DNA from: Clostridiales bacterium
GTDB taxonomy: Bacteria > Bacillota > Clostridia > Christensenellales > Aristaeellaceae
DNA length: 64,000 nt
Direction of reading: 5' to 3'
NCBI GenBank assembly: GCA_015056175.1
Contig: SVGT01000001.1
Span: 77,806 to 141,805, forward strand
Shown here: positions 17,369 to 27,233 of the stretch, piece by piece
How positions within the stretch are numbered: position 1 is the first letter of the stretch
Layout: each line of letters starts with the position of its first letter
The notes under the pieces: generated by a model
Seen by the model: the letters and a program-made list of their open reading frames with translations, nothing else
What the model was told of the DNA's origin: nothing
Databases searched by the model: none
Made by a program: the position numbers and the translations under genes

Positions 17369-18697
17369 TCACAGGGGATGCACGCCGGTGCAATCCACCA
17401 GGTCATATAAAAGACGTGCCTTGCCGCAGGGCACGGCGCTGAAGGTAAGCGCGGAGAGAATCCGCTCTCCCGTCTCCTTTGCGCTTTCCATGCTGCGTGC
17501 ATGCAGCGTACAGATATTTTCGCCCTTGCGCACAAAATCGCCAATGCGCTTTTCCATCACAAAGCCCACCGCAGGATCGATCTCGTCCTCCTTGCGGATA
17601 CGGCCCGCGCCCATCAGCTGCGCCGCACGGCCCAGCGCCGTGCAATCCGTGGCGGAAAGATATCCGTCTTCAGGCGCTGCGAGGGGTACAATACAGGGCG
17701 CCTGAGGGAGCAGACCAACGTCGTCGCACACCCTATCATCGCCGCCCTGAGCGCGGATCATTTCCTTGAGCTTTGCAAGGCCGCGGCCCTCCCGCAGGGC
17801 GGAAAGCAGCATGGCTTTGGCTTCCTCCAGCGTTTGAGCCTGACCGCCGCCCAGCAGCATATGCGCGCCCAGATATACCGCCACATAACACAGGGGATGG
17901 TTTTCATCCACACGCCCGGCAAGCACGTCGATGGCTTCCTTTACTTCCAGCGCATTGCCCACATGGGAGCCCAGAGGCTCCTGCATGCCGCTGACCACAG
18001 CCGTCACATACCGTCCCGCCAGCGTACCGATATCCACCATGGCCTTTGCCAGGCGGATGGAATCCTCCTCCGTATTCATCAGCGCGCCGCTGCCCGTCTT
18101 TACGTCCAGCACGATGGCTCTGGCGCCGGAGGCAAACTTCTTGCTCAGCACGGAGGAGGCGATCAGGGGGATGGAATCCACCGTAGCCGTCACATCCCGA
18201 AGGGCGTAGAGCCTTTTATCCGCAGGCGCCAGTTCGGCGCTCTGCCCAACCACCGCGCAGCCGATGCGGCGGACGATATCCACAAACTCACTTTCCGGCA
18301 GCGTCACCCGCATGCCGGGAATGGCTTCCATCTTATCCACCGTGCCGCCGGTGTGGCCAAGGCCTCTGCCGCTCATCTTGAGCACCTTGCCGCCGCAGGC
18401 TGCCACCAGAGGTGCCAGCACCAGCGTGGTGGTATCGCCCACGCCGCCTGTGGAATGCTTATCCACCGGCACGCCGCCCACGTCCGGCTGAAGCATATTG
18501 CCGCTTTGTGCCATGGCCATGGTCAGATGCGCCGTTTCCTCGGCGTTCATGCCGTTCAGACGGATGGCCATCAACAGCGCGGACAATTGATAATCCGGCA
18601 CGCTGCCCGTTGCCGCGCCATCGGCAAACATGCGGATCTGCTCTGCGCTCAGCGCGCGGCCCCGCTTTTTATCTTCAATGATCGACAGAAAATCCAT
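17369..18697 (-). CDS. pdp: Pyrimidine-nucleoside (thymidine) phosphorylase
   Basis: Motifs VDKHSTGGVGD and SGRGLGHTGGTVDK are diagnostic. Start trimmed to ATG 18697 (MDFLSIIEDKK...). Confidence 0.92.
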   Translation of the reverse strand: MDFLSIIEDKKRGRALSAEQIRMFADGAATGSVPDYQLSALLMAIRLNGMNAEETAHLTMAMAQSGNMLQPDVGGVPVDKHSTGGVGDTTTLVLAPLVAACGGKVLKMSGRGLGHTGGTVDKMEAIPGMRVTLPESEFVDIVRRIGCAVVGQSAELAPADKRLYALRDVTATVDSIPLIASSVLSKKFASGARAIVLDVKTGSGALMNTEEDSIRLAKAMVDIGTLAGRYVTAVVSGMQEPLGSHVGNALEVKEAIDVLAGRVDENHPLCYVAVYLGAHMLLGGGQAQTLEEAKAMLLSALREGRGLAKLKEMIRAQGGDDRVCDDVGLLPQAPCIVPLAAPEDGYLSATDCTALGRAAQLMGAGRIRKEDEIDPAVGFVMEKRIGDFVRKGENICTLHARSMESAKETGERILSALTFSAVPCGKARLLYDLVDCTGVHPL

Positions 18698-18821
18698 ACG
18701 TTTAACCTTTCTGTGCAATCCAAATATTTGCATACACCTATGCATTATTTAGTATAACACATTTATATCTCTGAGTAAAGAAAAGGCATGTAAAAAACGT
18801 ATGACATCATCCTCCATCATA

Positions 18822-18851
18822 CGAAAAAACCGCACGGAAAACCGTGCGGTT
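18822..18851 (-). terminator. Rho-independent terminator after the anti-sigma gene
   Basis: Minus-strand stem AACCGCACGG/CCGTGCGGTT with a 4-nt loop, followed by a U-tract. Confidence 0.75.
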
Positions 18852-18865
18852 TCAAAATGCAGAGG

Positions 18866-19807
18866 TTATTCTGCCACAGCGCCCTCAAAGGCTTCCAGAA
18901 AATCCGGGCAGGCCCAGGTGCCGCAGCCGATGAGCTTTTCGCCACTGACAAAGAGCTGCATCGTCAATCCGTTGTTCAGGTAAATGAGCAGGCTCTGATC
19001 CGTTTCGCCACCGCCTGCACGCTGATACACGGCGTTTTGGTACAGCACGTTCATCAGCTCTGCCGCCTTGCCGCTGTCGCGGATGCTGCCCACCCCGGAA
19101 AGCTCCAGGGCGATCACATTGCCGGCCTTCAGCGTATCCTGCAGGCTCTCGCCGCCCACAACGGCATGATCCGCATAGCCCACGCGCTGGAACACCCGCA
19201 AGCTGCCGTCCACATAGGCGCACACCATGGCGCCGTTCATGCCGTTTACGGCATAGACGCTTTCACCCTCGGGCACCAGGTTGGAAACCAGTGCATCGGG
19301 AGAAGCAAGAGAAGGCTCCTGGGTAAACGCCGAAACCTGGCCCAATTCCTCGCCCTTCAGGCTGCCGGACACATTGCCGGGCGTCGACAGCAGACGGTAG
19401 TAGCGGCCATCCACCCCGATCAGGGGGAAATTGGCGCCGCCTCTTGCCCAGATGCTGCGGAAATCCGGCACATCGGATGTTGTGATGGCGATGGAGCCCT
19501 GGGGCACGTCCAGCAGCGCGCTGATCTCCACCGGCTGAGCTCCGTCCTCGCCGGCGGCCTGAGCAGTCAGGGGATCCACCTGCCCTGCATCCATTGCACG
19601 CAGTGCAGGAATGCCGGCCCCAAGCCCGATGCACAAAACCAGCGCCAGCGCCACCACGGGCATCAGCCGTCCAAGCATCTTTTTGCGCCCGTTCATGCGG
19701 TCGCGCGCCGCGTTGCGGATTCGGTATTGAAGCTGCGCCGATGCATCCACGCCCATATTCTCTGCGATGGACGGCAGTTCGCGCAGCCTGTCTTCAACTT
19801 TCTTCAC
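18866..19807 (-). CDS. Putative membrane-anchored anti-sigma factor
   Basis: 313 aa. Short cytoplasmic N-terminus, one TM (LMPVVALALVLCIGLGAGI), unrecognised extracytoplasmic domain. Its start overlaps the sigma-factor stop by 4 nt. Confidence 0.6.
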   Translation of the reverse strand: MKKVEDRLRELPSIAENMGVDASAQLQYRIRNAARDRMNGRKKMLGRLMPVVALALVLCIGLGAGIPALRAMDAGQVDPLTAQAAGEDGAQPVEISALLDVPQGSIAITTSDVPDFRSIWARGGANFPLIGVDGRYYRLLSTPGNVSGSLKGEELGQVSAFTQEPSLASPDALVSNLVPEGESVYAVNGMNGAMVCAYVDGSLRVFQRVGYADHAVVGGESLQDTLKAGNVIALELSGVGSIRDSGKAAELMNVLYQNAVYQRAGGGETDQSLLIYLNNGLTMQLFVSGEKLIGCGTWACPDFLEAFEGAVAE

Positions 19808-20328
19808 CGCAATTCACTCCCCTTCAACAACTCTTCCAGCTTTTTACGGCCCCGGGAAAGACGGCTGGAAATCGTCCCTTCCGGCACAGAGAGCATCTGC
19901 GCCATTTCCGCGATGCCATAGCCCTGATAGTAATGCAGCAAAATCACGTCTCTGAAGTCCGCAGGCAGACGGTGAATGGCCTGGAGCAGCTCCTGTTTTT
20001 CCAGCCGCTCATCCATATCCCCGTACACGCCGGTCAATTCCATAGCCGGGCTGCCCAGCACCACACGGCGCACCCATGCGTTGCGCCAGGTATCGCGGCA
20101 CTTGTTCAAAGCCACCTTCAGCAGCCATGCCTTTTCCCTGCCCGGCAGCAGTTCAGGCGAAGTGGTCAGGAGCTTGATAAATACCTCCTGCGTCACATCC
20201 TCCGCCTGCTGGCGGTCGCCCAGATAAAAGTAGCTGACGCGCAGCACGTCGTTGGCATACTTGGCATACAGCTCTTCAAACAGTCTTTCATCCATGGGCG
20301 CTGCCGCTTTCCGTGTCTGTTCACTCAT
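19804..20328 (-). CDS. ECF-type sigma-70 family RNA polymerase sigma factor
   Basis: Region 2 (AEDVTQEVFIKLL) and region 4 (VILLHYYQGYGIAEMAQMLSVPEGTISSRLSRGRKKL) are recognisable. The exact start is uncertain (ATG 20328 chosen; ATG 20295 is possible). Confidence 0.85.
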   Translation of the reverse strand: MSEQTRKAAAPMDERLFEELYAKYANDVLRVSYFYLGDRQQAEDVTQEVFIKLLTTSPELLPGREKAWLLKVALNKCRDTWRNAWVRRVVLGSPAMELTGVYGDMDERLEKQELLQAIHRLPADFRDVILLHYYQGYGIAEMAQMLSVPEGTISSRLSRGRKKLEELLKGSELR

Positions 20329-20516
20329 ATAACGGCATACCTTTCCACATTCTTGCATCGTCTTGCAAAAAACGGAAAACTTTTTCCTTGGAACGGAAAA
20401 GCTTTTTTCTGCGCACGTGAGGCACGCAGATCCTTCAAATTATTATAGCCCCGGATATTTGCATCGTCAAGCCGCAGACATTTTCCCGGAAAGAATTTAC
20501 ATGTCCAGCTGCATTT

Positions 20517-21122
20517 TTACATTTCATCCTCATCCGGAATGCCGCAAAGCGCCTGTTTGCACACCGGATAACTGTAGCCGCGCCTGAGCAGCGACTGCAG
20601 CGCATGCGGCACGTCCTTGCCCTGCCGCAGCAGCTTCTGCGCCCATTTCCGGGCCGACTTTATCTCATCCTCCTGAGAAAAATCCTCCAGCGCACGCTGG
20701 GCCGTATCCTCGCTGACGCCCTTTTGCTTCATCTCCATGGCGATCATCCTGCGCCCCTTGCTCTTTGCCCGGTGGCGCACCCATTGCTCTGCAAACCTTT
20801 CGTCGCTGATCAGCTCGGATGCGGTCATCATGTCCATCACCTTGGCGATGATGCTTTCCGGGTATGCGCTCCTGCGCAGCGCGGCAGCCACCTCCTTTTC
20901 GGTATGCTCCCGCATGGCCTGCAGTTTGACCGCCCGATCCAGTGCAAAGGGCAGCGCCCGGCTGCGGACAAAGGCCAGATATTCCTCGCTGTCCACCATA
21001 CGACCTGCGCGCAGCGGCCTCTCGGACAGAAACACGGAGGGAAAGCGGAATTCCTCGCCGGATACCAGCTTCACATGGCATACGCCGTGCAGCCTTTTGA
21101 TGGCGGCAATTTCGCCTGTCAT
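20517..21122 (-). CDS. recX: RecX-family regulatory protein
   Basis: 201 aa with three helical RecX repeats (..ISDERFAEQWVRHRAKSKGRRMIAMEMKQKGVSEDTAQRAL..). Confidence 0.8.
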   Translation of the reverse strand: MTGEIAAIKRLHGVCHVKLVSGEEFRFPSVFLSERPLRAGRMVDSEEYLAFVRSRALPFALDRAVKLQAMREHTEKEVAAALRRSAYPESIIAKVMDMMTASELISDERFAEQWVRHRAKSKGRRMIAMEMKQKGVSEDTAQRALEDFSQEDEIKSARKWAQKLLRQGKDVPHALQSLLRRGYSYPVCKQALCGIPDEDEM

Positions 21123-22198
21123 GCGCCCTTCCCTCCGATCAGCAGACGGATCAGATCCCGGTTCAGATCCGCCAGCACAAATTTTCTTGCCACCGACGCG
21201 CCGCCGGTGAGCAGGGCAAAGCCCTTTTGTTTGATCGGGTCAAAGAACACGCCGTTGACCGCGCCGTACGCCAGACCCTGATGGCCGTAGACGATGTTTT
21301 GATTGATCGTTTCGTCCCGGATGATGAACATACCCAGCCCCTCTGTGATCCGAGGATCCCGCTGCCCAAAGGGAATGTGCTCCTCGCGCAGCGCCTCATA
21401 CCCCTGCATGGCCATGCGGCCGATGGCCGCCAGATCCCGGCAGCGGATGCACAGATTGCCGTGTCCCAGTGCGTAATGGTGCATGGGATCGGGCGTCAAA
21501 TCCGCCTTTTTGCGTGCACGGAGCGCGGCAGCATTGTACTCTGTCCGTCTTCTCAGCACGTCGCCGGCGTCGGAAAGCACGCAGTCATCCGGCAGATTCT
21601 GCGGATAAAAGGAGCCCTCGATGCCGGGAAACATTTCATGGAACAATACGTCCAGATGCTTGCCCGACGCGCCCTCCAGCACAGCGCCCAGCACGCCGGC
21701 GCCAAAGTTGGAGTAAGCAAACACGCTGCCCGGACCGTTTACGGAAAATACCGGCTCCTTAAGCAGCCGGTCAAGCGCCGTACCGTCCCTGGCTGCCTGC
21801 CAGAAGGCGGGAGCATCGACGAGGGAGGAAGTATGGCTCAAAAGCATCCTGGGCGTAATGATCTTGTCCGGATACCCGGGATTGCGCAGCCTGACGCCAA
21901 GATAAGCGCCTGCATCCTCATCCAGGGACAGCTTCCCCTCCTCCGCCAGCCGAAGCGCCATCATGGCGCAGATCATTTTGGCAACCGACGCCGTCCGGAA
22001 AAAGGTATCTTCCCCGACAGGCTGATACTTCTGCGCCTGCCCGACCGTCAGGCACGGTCCCACGCCCTGTGCATCAAACAGGCATACCGCGCCCCCTGCC
22101 ACCCGGTGACGGGCCAGGATACGGGAAATGCCGTCCTGCCCGTATTTCTTCCCGGGCAGCAGCGCAACAAGACGCCTGTACACTTGGTAATACCGCAT
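21119..22198 (-). CDS. Serine hydrolase (beta-lactamase/transpeptidase fold)
   Basis: Has the SxxK motif (SVAK) and YxN motif (YSNFG). Start trimmed to ATG 22198 (MRYYQVY..., AGGAG SD). Its stop overlaps the recX start by 4 nt. Confidence 0.85.
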   Translation of the reverse strand: MRYYQVYRRLVALLPGKKYGQDGISRILARHRVAGGAVCLFDAQGVGPCLTVGQAQKYQPVGEDTFFRTASVAKMICAMMALRLAEEGKLSLDEDAGAYLGVRLRNPGYPDKIITPRMLLSHTSSLVDAPAFWQAARDGTALDRLLKEPVFSVNGPGSVFAYSNFGAGVLGAVLEGASGKHLDVLFHEMFPGIEGSFYPQNLPDDCVLSDAGDVLRRRTEYNAAALRARKKADLTPDPMHHYALGHGNLCIRCRDLAAIGRMAMQGYEALREEHIPFGQRDPRITEGLGMFIIRDETINQNIVYGHQGLAYGAVNGVFFDPIKQKGFALLTGGASVARKFVLADLNRDLIRLLIGGKGA

Positions 22199-22221
22199 TT
22201 TTTCTCCTGAAAAGGGGCGGT

Positions 22222-22980
22222 TCAAACCGCCCCCTGCTGATCTTTTTTGTTGTGATGGCAGTACCGGCAAAGCAGCCAGATCCCGCCCAGCAGCACCAGC
22301 GCAACAGACAGGCACTGGCTCACCCGGAACGGGCCCCACATCAGGCTGTCGGTGCGCAGCCCTTCGATGACGGCGCGGCCAAGGCCGTACCACACCAGAT
22401 ACCCCAGGAACAGATCGCCGGGATGGCGCACCTTTTTGCGCAGGCTGTGCAGCAGAAGGAAGCCGCAAAAATCCCACATGGATTCGTAGAAGAAGGTGGC
22501 CATGTGCCATGCGCCGTCGATGTTCACCGCCGCGGGGAAAAACTGCCACGCAGGATCGGTGATCAACCGTCCGTAGGCTTCGCCATTGACAAAATTACCC
22601 CATCTGCCGATGGCCTGGCCCAGAATCAGCGCCGGCGCCACCAGATCGGCAATCTTGCCCAGGGGGATTTTCTTATGTCTGGAAAGCACCCAGGCCGCAA
22701 CAGCGCCGCCGATCACGCCGCCGTAGATGGCCATGCCGCCCTCCCACACCTTGATGATGGAGGCGGGGTTCTGCGCGTAATAATCCCAGTTGAAAACCAC
22801 GTAATACAGCCGTGCGCCAATCAGTGCGCAGGGCACCAGCCACAGGGCAAAATCCACCGTGGTATCCTTGGGGAGGCCCAGCCTTTTTTCCTGCGCCGTG
22901 CAGTAGAGAATGGCCAGCACCAGCGCCACGGCAATCAGCAGCCCGTAAATGGGAATGACGCCAAACAGTGTCCGTTCCAT
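22222..22980 (-). CDS. lgt: Prolipoprotein diacylglyceryl transferase
   Basis: 252 aa with the conserved GARLYYV, GGMAIYGGVIGG and GRWGNFVNGEAYG motifs. Confidence 0.93.
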   Translation of the reverse strand: MERTLFGVIPIYGLLIAVALVLAILYCTAQEKRLGLPKDTTVDFALWLVPCALIGARLYYVVFNWDYYAQNPASIIKVWEGGMAIYGGVIGGAVAAWVLSRHKKIPLGKIADLVAPALILGQAIGRWGNFVNGEAYGRLITDPAWQFFPAAVNIDGAWHMATFFYESMWDFCGFLLLHSLRKKVRHPGDLFLGYLVWYGLGRAVIEGLRTDSLMWGPFRVSQCLSVALVLLGGIWLLCRYCHHNKKDQQGAV

Positions 22981-23001
22981 AGTGCTCCTTTGGGATGGGG
23001 A

Positions 23002-24138
23002 TTATTTCTGCTCGTTTTCGATCTTTTCCAGCCACTCGCGGATGGGCAGCTGCTGGGGGCAGGCCGTTTCGCAGGCGCCGCAGCCAATGCACAGGCTGCC
23101 GTCCTCGCCCTTTTCCTTCATGGCGGCATAGCGCTGCTTGAAGGCTTCGGGATGGTCAAACATGCGGGCGTTATTGTAGGCGCCGAAGATATTGGGGATC
23201 TTCACGCCCTGGGGGCAGGGCTGGCAGTACTGGCAGGCGGTGCAGCCGATGGGCTGACGAGCCAGATACTTGTGCTTGAGCGCCTTGGCAAAGGCACGGT
23301 CTTCTTCCGTCATGCCACCCACCTTCAGATCGTCAAAGATCCTCAGGTTGTCTTCCAGCTGTTCCTCCGTGCTCATGCCGGACAGGATGGTGGCTACTTC
23401 CGGATAATCCGCGATGTAGCGGAAGGCCCAGTCCACAGCCGTACGCTTGGGTTCATGGGTGTTGATCAATTCCTGCACGTCGGCAGGGGGATTGGCCAGC
23501 GCGCCTCCGCGGAGGGGCTCCATGACCACGATGGACACACCCTGACGGCCCGCTTCGCGCAGACCCTCTTCGGTGGCCTGGTTTTCATCATCCAGGTAGT
23601 TATGCTGGATCTGGGCCATTTCCCACTTATCCCAGTCGTTGAGGATATGGAGGAAAGCAGCCTTATCATCGTGGAAGGAGAAGCCGGTGTGGCGGATGCG
23701 GCCGTCCTTCAGCGCCTGCTCCAGGAAGGGCTTGTAATGGAACGCGCTCATCTTTTCATAGGCGTCGCGGTTGAGCGCATGCAGGATGTAGAAATCCAGA
23801 TAAGGCACGTCCAGCTTTTTGAGCTGCTCGTCCAGCAGACGGTTCATGTCCTTTTCTTCATTCACGCACCAGTGGGGCAGCTTGGTGGTCAGCGTCACCT
23901 TTTCGCGGTAGCCGTCCTTGAGGGCAAGGCCGGTCACGATTTCGCTCTCGCCGGCATGGTAGCCATAGGCGGTGTCCACATAGGTGATGCCGCCGTCGAT
24001 GCCCTTGCGGATCAGAGCGATGGCGCGCTCACGGTCGATCTTGTTGTCGTCGCCTTCGATACGGGGCAGGCGCATGGTGCCAAAGCCCAGACGGGATACA
24101 CGGAAACCCAGTTTGCCAAAAGGTACGTACTGCATCAT
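23002..24138 (-). CDS. Aldo/keto reductase with C-terminal 4Fe-4S ferredoxin-like domain
   Basis: AKR N-terminus (FGKLGFRVSRLGFGTMRL, DTAYGY) plus two Cys clusters (CTACQYCQPCP and CIGCGACETACP). ATG 24138 is preceded by AAGGAGGAAGAA. Confidence 0.85.
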   Translation of the reverse strand: MMQYVPFGKLGFRVSRLGFGTMRLPRIEGDDNKIDRERAIALIRKGIDGGITYVDTAYGYHAGESEIVTGLALKDGYREKVTLTTKLPHWCVNEEKDMNRLLDEQLKKLDVPYLDFYILHALNRDAYEKMSAFHYKPFLEQALKDGRIRHTGFSFHDDKAAFLHILNDWDKWEMAQIQHNYLDDENQATEEGLREAGRQGVSIVVMEPLRGGALANPPADVQELINTHEPKRTAVDWAFRYIADYPEVATILSGMSTEEQLEDNLRIFDDLKVGGMTEEDRAFAKALKHKYLARQPIGCTACQYCQPCPQGVKIPNIFGAYNNARMFDHPEAFKQRYAAMKEKGEDGSLCIGCGACETACPQQLPIREWLEKIENEQK

Positions 24139-24176
24139 TTCTTCCTCCTTATATTGCACTTAAATGTTATAAATTA

Positions 24177-24827
24177 TTACCACTCGTAGCCGACCGCCTT
24201 GAGGAAGGTGCGCATGAGCACCTTGCGGCCCACCGTGTTGGGATGGATCATATCCCAGCACACAGCATGGGGGTGAAGATCGCCCTTGATAAAGAAATCG
24301 TCCCACATCTTCTGGGTATCGATGGTCAGGATGCCGTGCTTTTCGCCAAGCTTTTTGACCACAGCGCCGTACAGGTCCATGGTTTTGCGCATGGAATCTT
24401 CCTTGTTCAGCTCCATAAAGTAGGGGGTCATCAGCACCATGCCCTTCACATGGGGCAGCGTATCTGCGATCATCTTTTCCAAGTTCTTTTCGTACTCCTC
24501 AATACCCACGCCCATTTCGGGACGGTCGGGGCAATCGTAAATACGCCACACGTCGTTGATGCCGATCATCATGCACACCCAGTCGGGCTGATTTTTCATC
24601 ACGTCCTCATCCCAGCGGGCCAAAAGGTCGCGGGTCTGATCGCCGCTGGTGCACACGTTCATGATGCGCAGGCGGTATTCGGGATAGGTGCTCTGCAGCA
24701 TCTGTGCCACGTCCGCCACATAGCTGGTGCCCCAGCCATCGGCGCTTTCGCCCTTGGGACGCCAGCGGTCATAATCGCCGATGGAATCGCCGATAAACAG
24801 GATGCGGTCGTTCTTTTCAAAAAGCAT
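24177..24827 (-). CDS. SGNH/GDSL-family hydrolase
   Basis: Block I FIGDSIGD, block III GINDVW, and a C-terminal D..H. Start ATG 24827 with a GGAGGG SD. Confidence 0.85.
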   Translation of the reverse strand: MLFEKNDRILFIGDSIGDYDRWRPKGESADGWGTSYVADVAQMLQSTYPEYRLRIMNVCTSGDQTRDLLARWDEDVMKNQPDWVCMMIGINDVWRIYDCPDRPEMGVGIEEYEKNLEKMIADTLPHVKGMVLMTPYFMELNKEDSMRKTMDLYGAVVKKLGEKHGILTIDTQKMWDDFFIKGDLHPHAVCWDMIHPNTVGRKVLMRTFLKAVGYEW

Positions 24828-24964
24828 GGTAAAACCCTCCCCGGTCTTTTCCATTTACATTGCATTCATTATAAACCATTTTGTGTGTTTCGTAAAGAGT
24901 TGCACAAAAGCCTTCTTTCATGGTAAACTGTCCCCGAACCCTGATCATGAAAGGAATTGTTTTT

Positions 24965-26251
24965 ATGCCTTCTGTCGCTTTCCATACGCTGGGCTGCAAG
25001 GTGAACCAGTACGATACGCAGGCCATGCTGGAAGCCTTTCTCAGCCATGGCTATACCCTCCGGGAGTTTGATGAAACGGCGGATGTTTATGTGATCAACA
25101 CCTGTACCGTGACCGGTACGGGCGATAAAAAAAGCCTGCAGATGGTGCGCCGCGCGCTGAAAACCAATCCTGCCGCCCACGTGGTCATCGCAGGCTGCCT
25201 TGCCCAGCGGGACGGCGAAAAGCTGCTGGAAACGGGCGCACGACTGGTGATTGGCAACGCGCACCGCGCAAACGTGGTGGAGCTTCTGGAAGAGGCGGTG
25301 GAAAAGAACATCAGCACCGCCGCCGTGGAAAAGGATCTGCTCCGCGTACCCTTTGAGCCGCTGAAGATCGCCCGGTTTGCCGAGCGCACCCGCGCCGTGC
25401 TCAAAATCCAGGAGGGTTGCGACCGCTACTGCACCTACTGCATCATTCCCTACGTGCGCGGCGGCATCCGCTCCCGCAAAGTGGAGGATATCCGGGAGGA
25501 AGCCCGCAGGCTTGCAAACGCCGGCTTTGAGGAACTGGTGCTCACCGGCATCCACCTGACTAGCTACGGCCGTGACCTGAACGGTGAAACGCTGCTGGAC
25601 GCCATCGACGCCTGTATGGCACAGGGCGTCAAACGCATCCGCCTGGGGTCGCTGGAGCCGGTCATCGTGACGGAGGAATTTGCCCGCGCCATCGCCTCCC
25701 GTCCCACGGTGTGCCCCCAGTTCCATCTGGCGCTGCAGTCCGGCAGCGATACCGTGCTCAAGCGCATGCGCCGCCGCTATACCACGGAGGAATTCCTGAC
25801 CGCCGCATCGCTGCTGCGCAAATATATGCCTTCCTGCGCCATCACCACCGACGTGATCTGCGGCTTCCCCGGCGAAACGGAGGAGGAGTTTGCCCAGACC
25901 ATGGCGTTTGTCAAGCAGGTTTCCTTCGCCCGCATGCACGTGTTCCCCTACAGCGCCCGCAAGGGCACGCCTGCCGCCACCATGGGCGGACAGGTACCCA
26001 AAAAGATCCGCGAGGAGCGCACTCGCACGCTGATCCGTCTGGGTCATGATCTGGCCAAAGCCTACCACGAAAGCATGATCGGCAGCACGGTAGAGGTACT
26101 CTGGGAGGAATCGGACGAGGACGGCTTCCTCACCGGCTACACCCGCGAATACGTCCATTGCCGCGCCAGAGGCACGCTTCGGGATACTACCCCCTGCCTA
26201 GTGCGCGTCATTTCCGCCGATGCGGACGGCCTGACGGGCGAGCTGCTCTGA
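24965..26251 (+). CDS. mtaB: tRNA methylthiotransferase, MiaB-like (MtaB type)
   Basis: N-terminal UPF0004 domain (FHTLGCKVNQYDTQ), radical-SAM CxxxCxxC (GCDRYCTYCIIP), and a C-terminal TRAM-like region. Start trimmed to ATG 24965. Confidence 0.88.
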   Translation: MPSVAFHTLGCKVNQYDTQAMLEAFLSHGYTLREFDETADVYVINTCTVTGTGDKKSLQMVRRALKTNPAAHVVIAGCLAQRDGEKLLETGARLVIGNAHRANVVELLEEAVEKNISTAAVEKDLLRVPFEPLKIARFAERTRAVLKIQEGCDRYCTYCIIPYVRGGIRSRKVEDIREEARRLANAGFEELVLTGIHLTSYGRDLNGETLLDAIDACMAQGVKRIRLGSLEPVIVTEEFARAIASRPTVCPQFHLALQSGSDTVLKRMRRRYTTEEFLTAASLLRKYMPSCAITTDVICGFPGETEEEFAQTMAFVKQVSFARMHVFPYSARKGTPAATMGGQVPKKIREERTRTLIRLGHDLAKAYHESMIGSTVEVLWEESDEDGFLTGYTREYVHCRARGTLRDTTPCLVRVISADADGLTGELL

Positions 26252-26298
26252 TCCTTTTGCAATACGCTTTTCCATTTTCTGCGACGAGGTGAACCGCC

Positions 26299-27216
26299 AT
26301 GACACACGACCGGTACCTGAAAAACCTGCAGGTTCCCGCATCCCCCGTGGACGTGATTCTGGATACCGATACCTTCAACGAAACGGACGATCAGTTCGCC
26401 CTGTCCTATCTGCTGCGCTCGGAGGAAAAGCTGCACGTGCAGGGCATCTGCGCCGCACCCTTTCTCAATGAGCTGTCTATTTCTCCCCAGGACGGCATGG
26501 AAAAAAGCTACTGCGAGATTTTGAAGCTCCTGCGTCTTGCCGGGCGTGAGGATCTAAATAGCCGCGTGTACCGCGGCTCTCCCTGCTATATGCAGGATGA
26601 ACAGACCCCCGTCCCCTCCCCTGCCGCCGATTTCATGGTGCAGAAGGCAAGCCTGTATTCCCCCGAAAATCCGCTTTACATCGTGGCCATCGGCGCCATA
26701 ACCAACGTAGCCTCCGCGCTGCTCATCGCGCCGGAAATCAAGGAAAACGTGGTTATCGTGTGGCTGGGGGGCCACGGCCATCACATGCCCCGCAACGATG
26801 AGTTCAACCTGGTGCAGGATATTGCCGCCGCCCGCATCGTCTTTGGCTGCGGCGCGCCTGTGGTGCAGCTGCCCTGCGTTGGCGTGGTGGACCGTTTTTC
26901 CTCCTCCCGGTACGAACTGGAGCACTGGCTCAGAGGCAAAAATGCGCTCAGCGATTATCTGCTTGAAACCATCATCGCCGCAGCCGAAAGCTATGCCGCC
27001 GGCAAGCCCTGGACAAGGGTGATCTGGGACGTGACGGCCATCGGCTGGCTGCTGAATGACGGCAACCGCTTTATGGAAAGCGAATTGCGCCCCTCCCCCA
27101 TCCCGGAATACAACAGCACCTGGTCCTTTGATGCAGCACGCCACCCCATCCGCTATGTTTCCCAGATTCACCGGGATGCGCTGTTTGAAGATCTGTTTCA
27201 AAAACTGACCCGCTAA
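26299..27216 (+). CDS. Nucleoside hydrolase (IU-NH family)
   Basis: 305 aa with the N-terminal DTDxxxxxDD metal motif (ILDTDTFNETDDQFAL). Confidence 0.8.
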   Translation: MTHDRYLKNLQVPASPVDVILDTDTFNETDDQFALSYLLRSEEKLHVQGICAAPFLNELSISPQDGMEKSYCEILKLLRLAGREDLNSRVYRGSPCYMQDEQTPVPSPAADFMVQKASLYSPENPLYIVAIGAITNVASALLIAPEIKENVVIVWLGGHGHHMPRNDEFNLVQDIAAARIVFGCGAPVVQLPCVGVVDRFSSSRYELEHWLRGKNALSDYLLETIIAAAESYAAGKPWTRVIWDVTAIGWLLNDGNRFMESELRPSPIPEYNSTWSFDAARHPIRYVSQIHRDALFEDLFQKLTR

Positions 27217-27233
27217 AACCACGCAAGGAGCAC

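Noticed and set aside
14902-17442. 846-aa plus-strand ORF.
   Set aside because: It is antisense to the TPR-like and secreted-protein genes and has the same low-complexity character.
22069-24189. 706-aa plus-strand ORF.
   Set aside because: It is antisense to lgt and the aldo/keto reductase, both motif-supported. No SD and low-complexity translation.
24869-26158. 429-aa minus-strand ORF, and similarly the 380-aa ORF at 62204..63346.
   Set aside because: They are antisense to mtaB and asnA respectively, both of which have diagnostic motifs. These are shadow frames.
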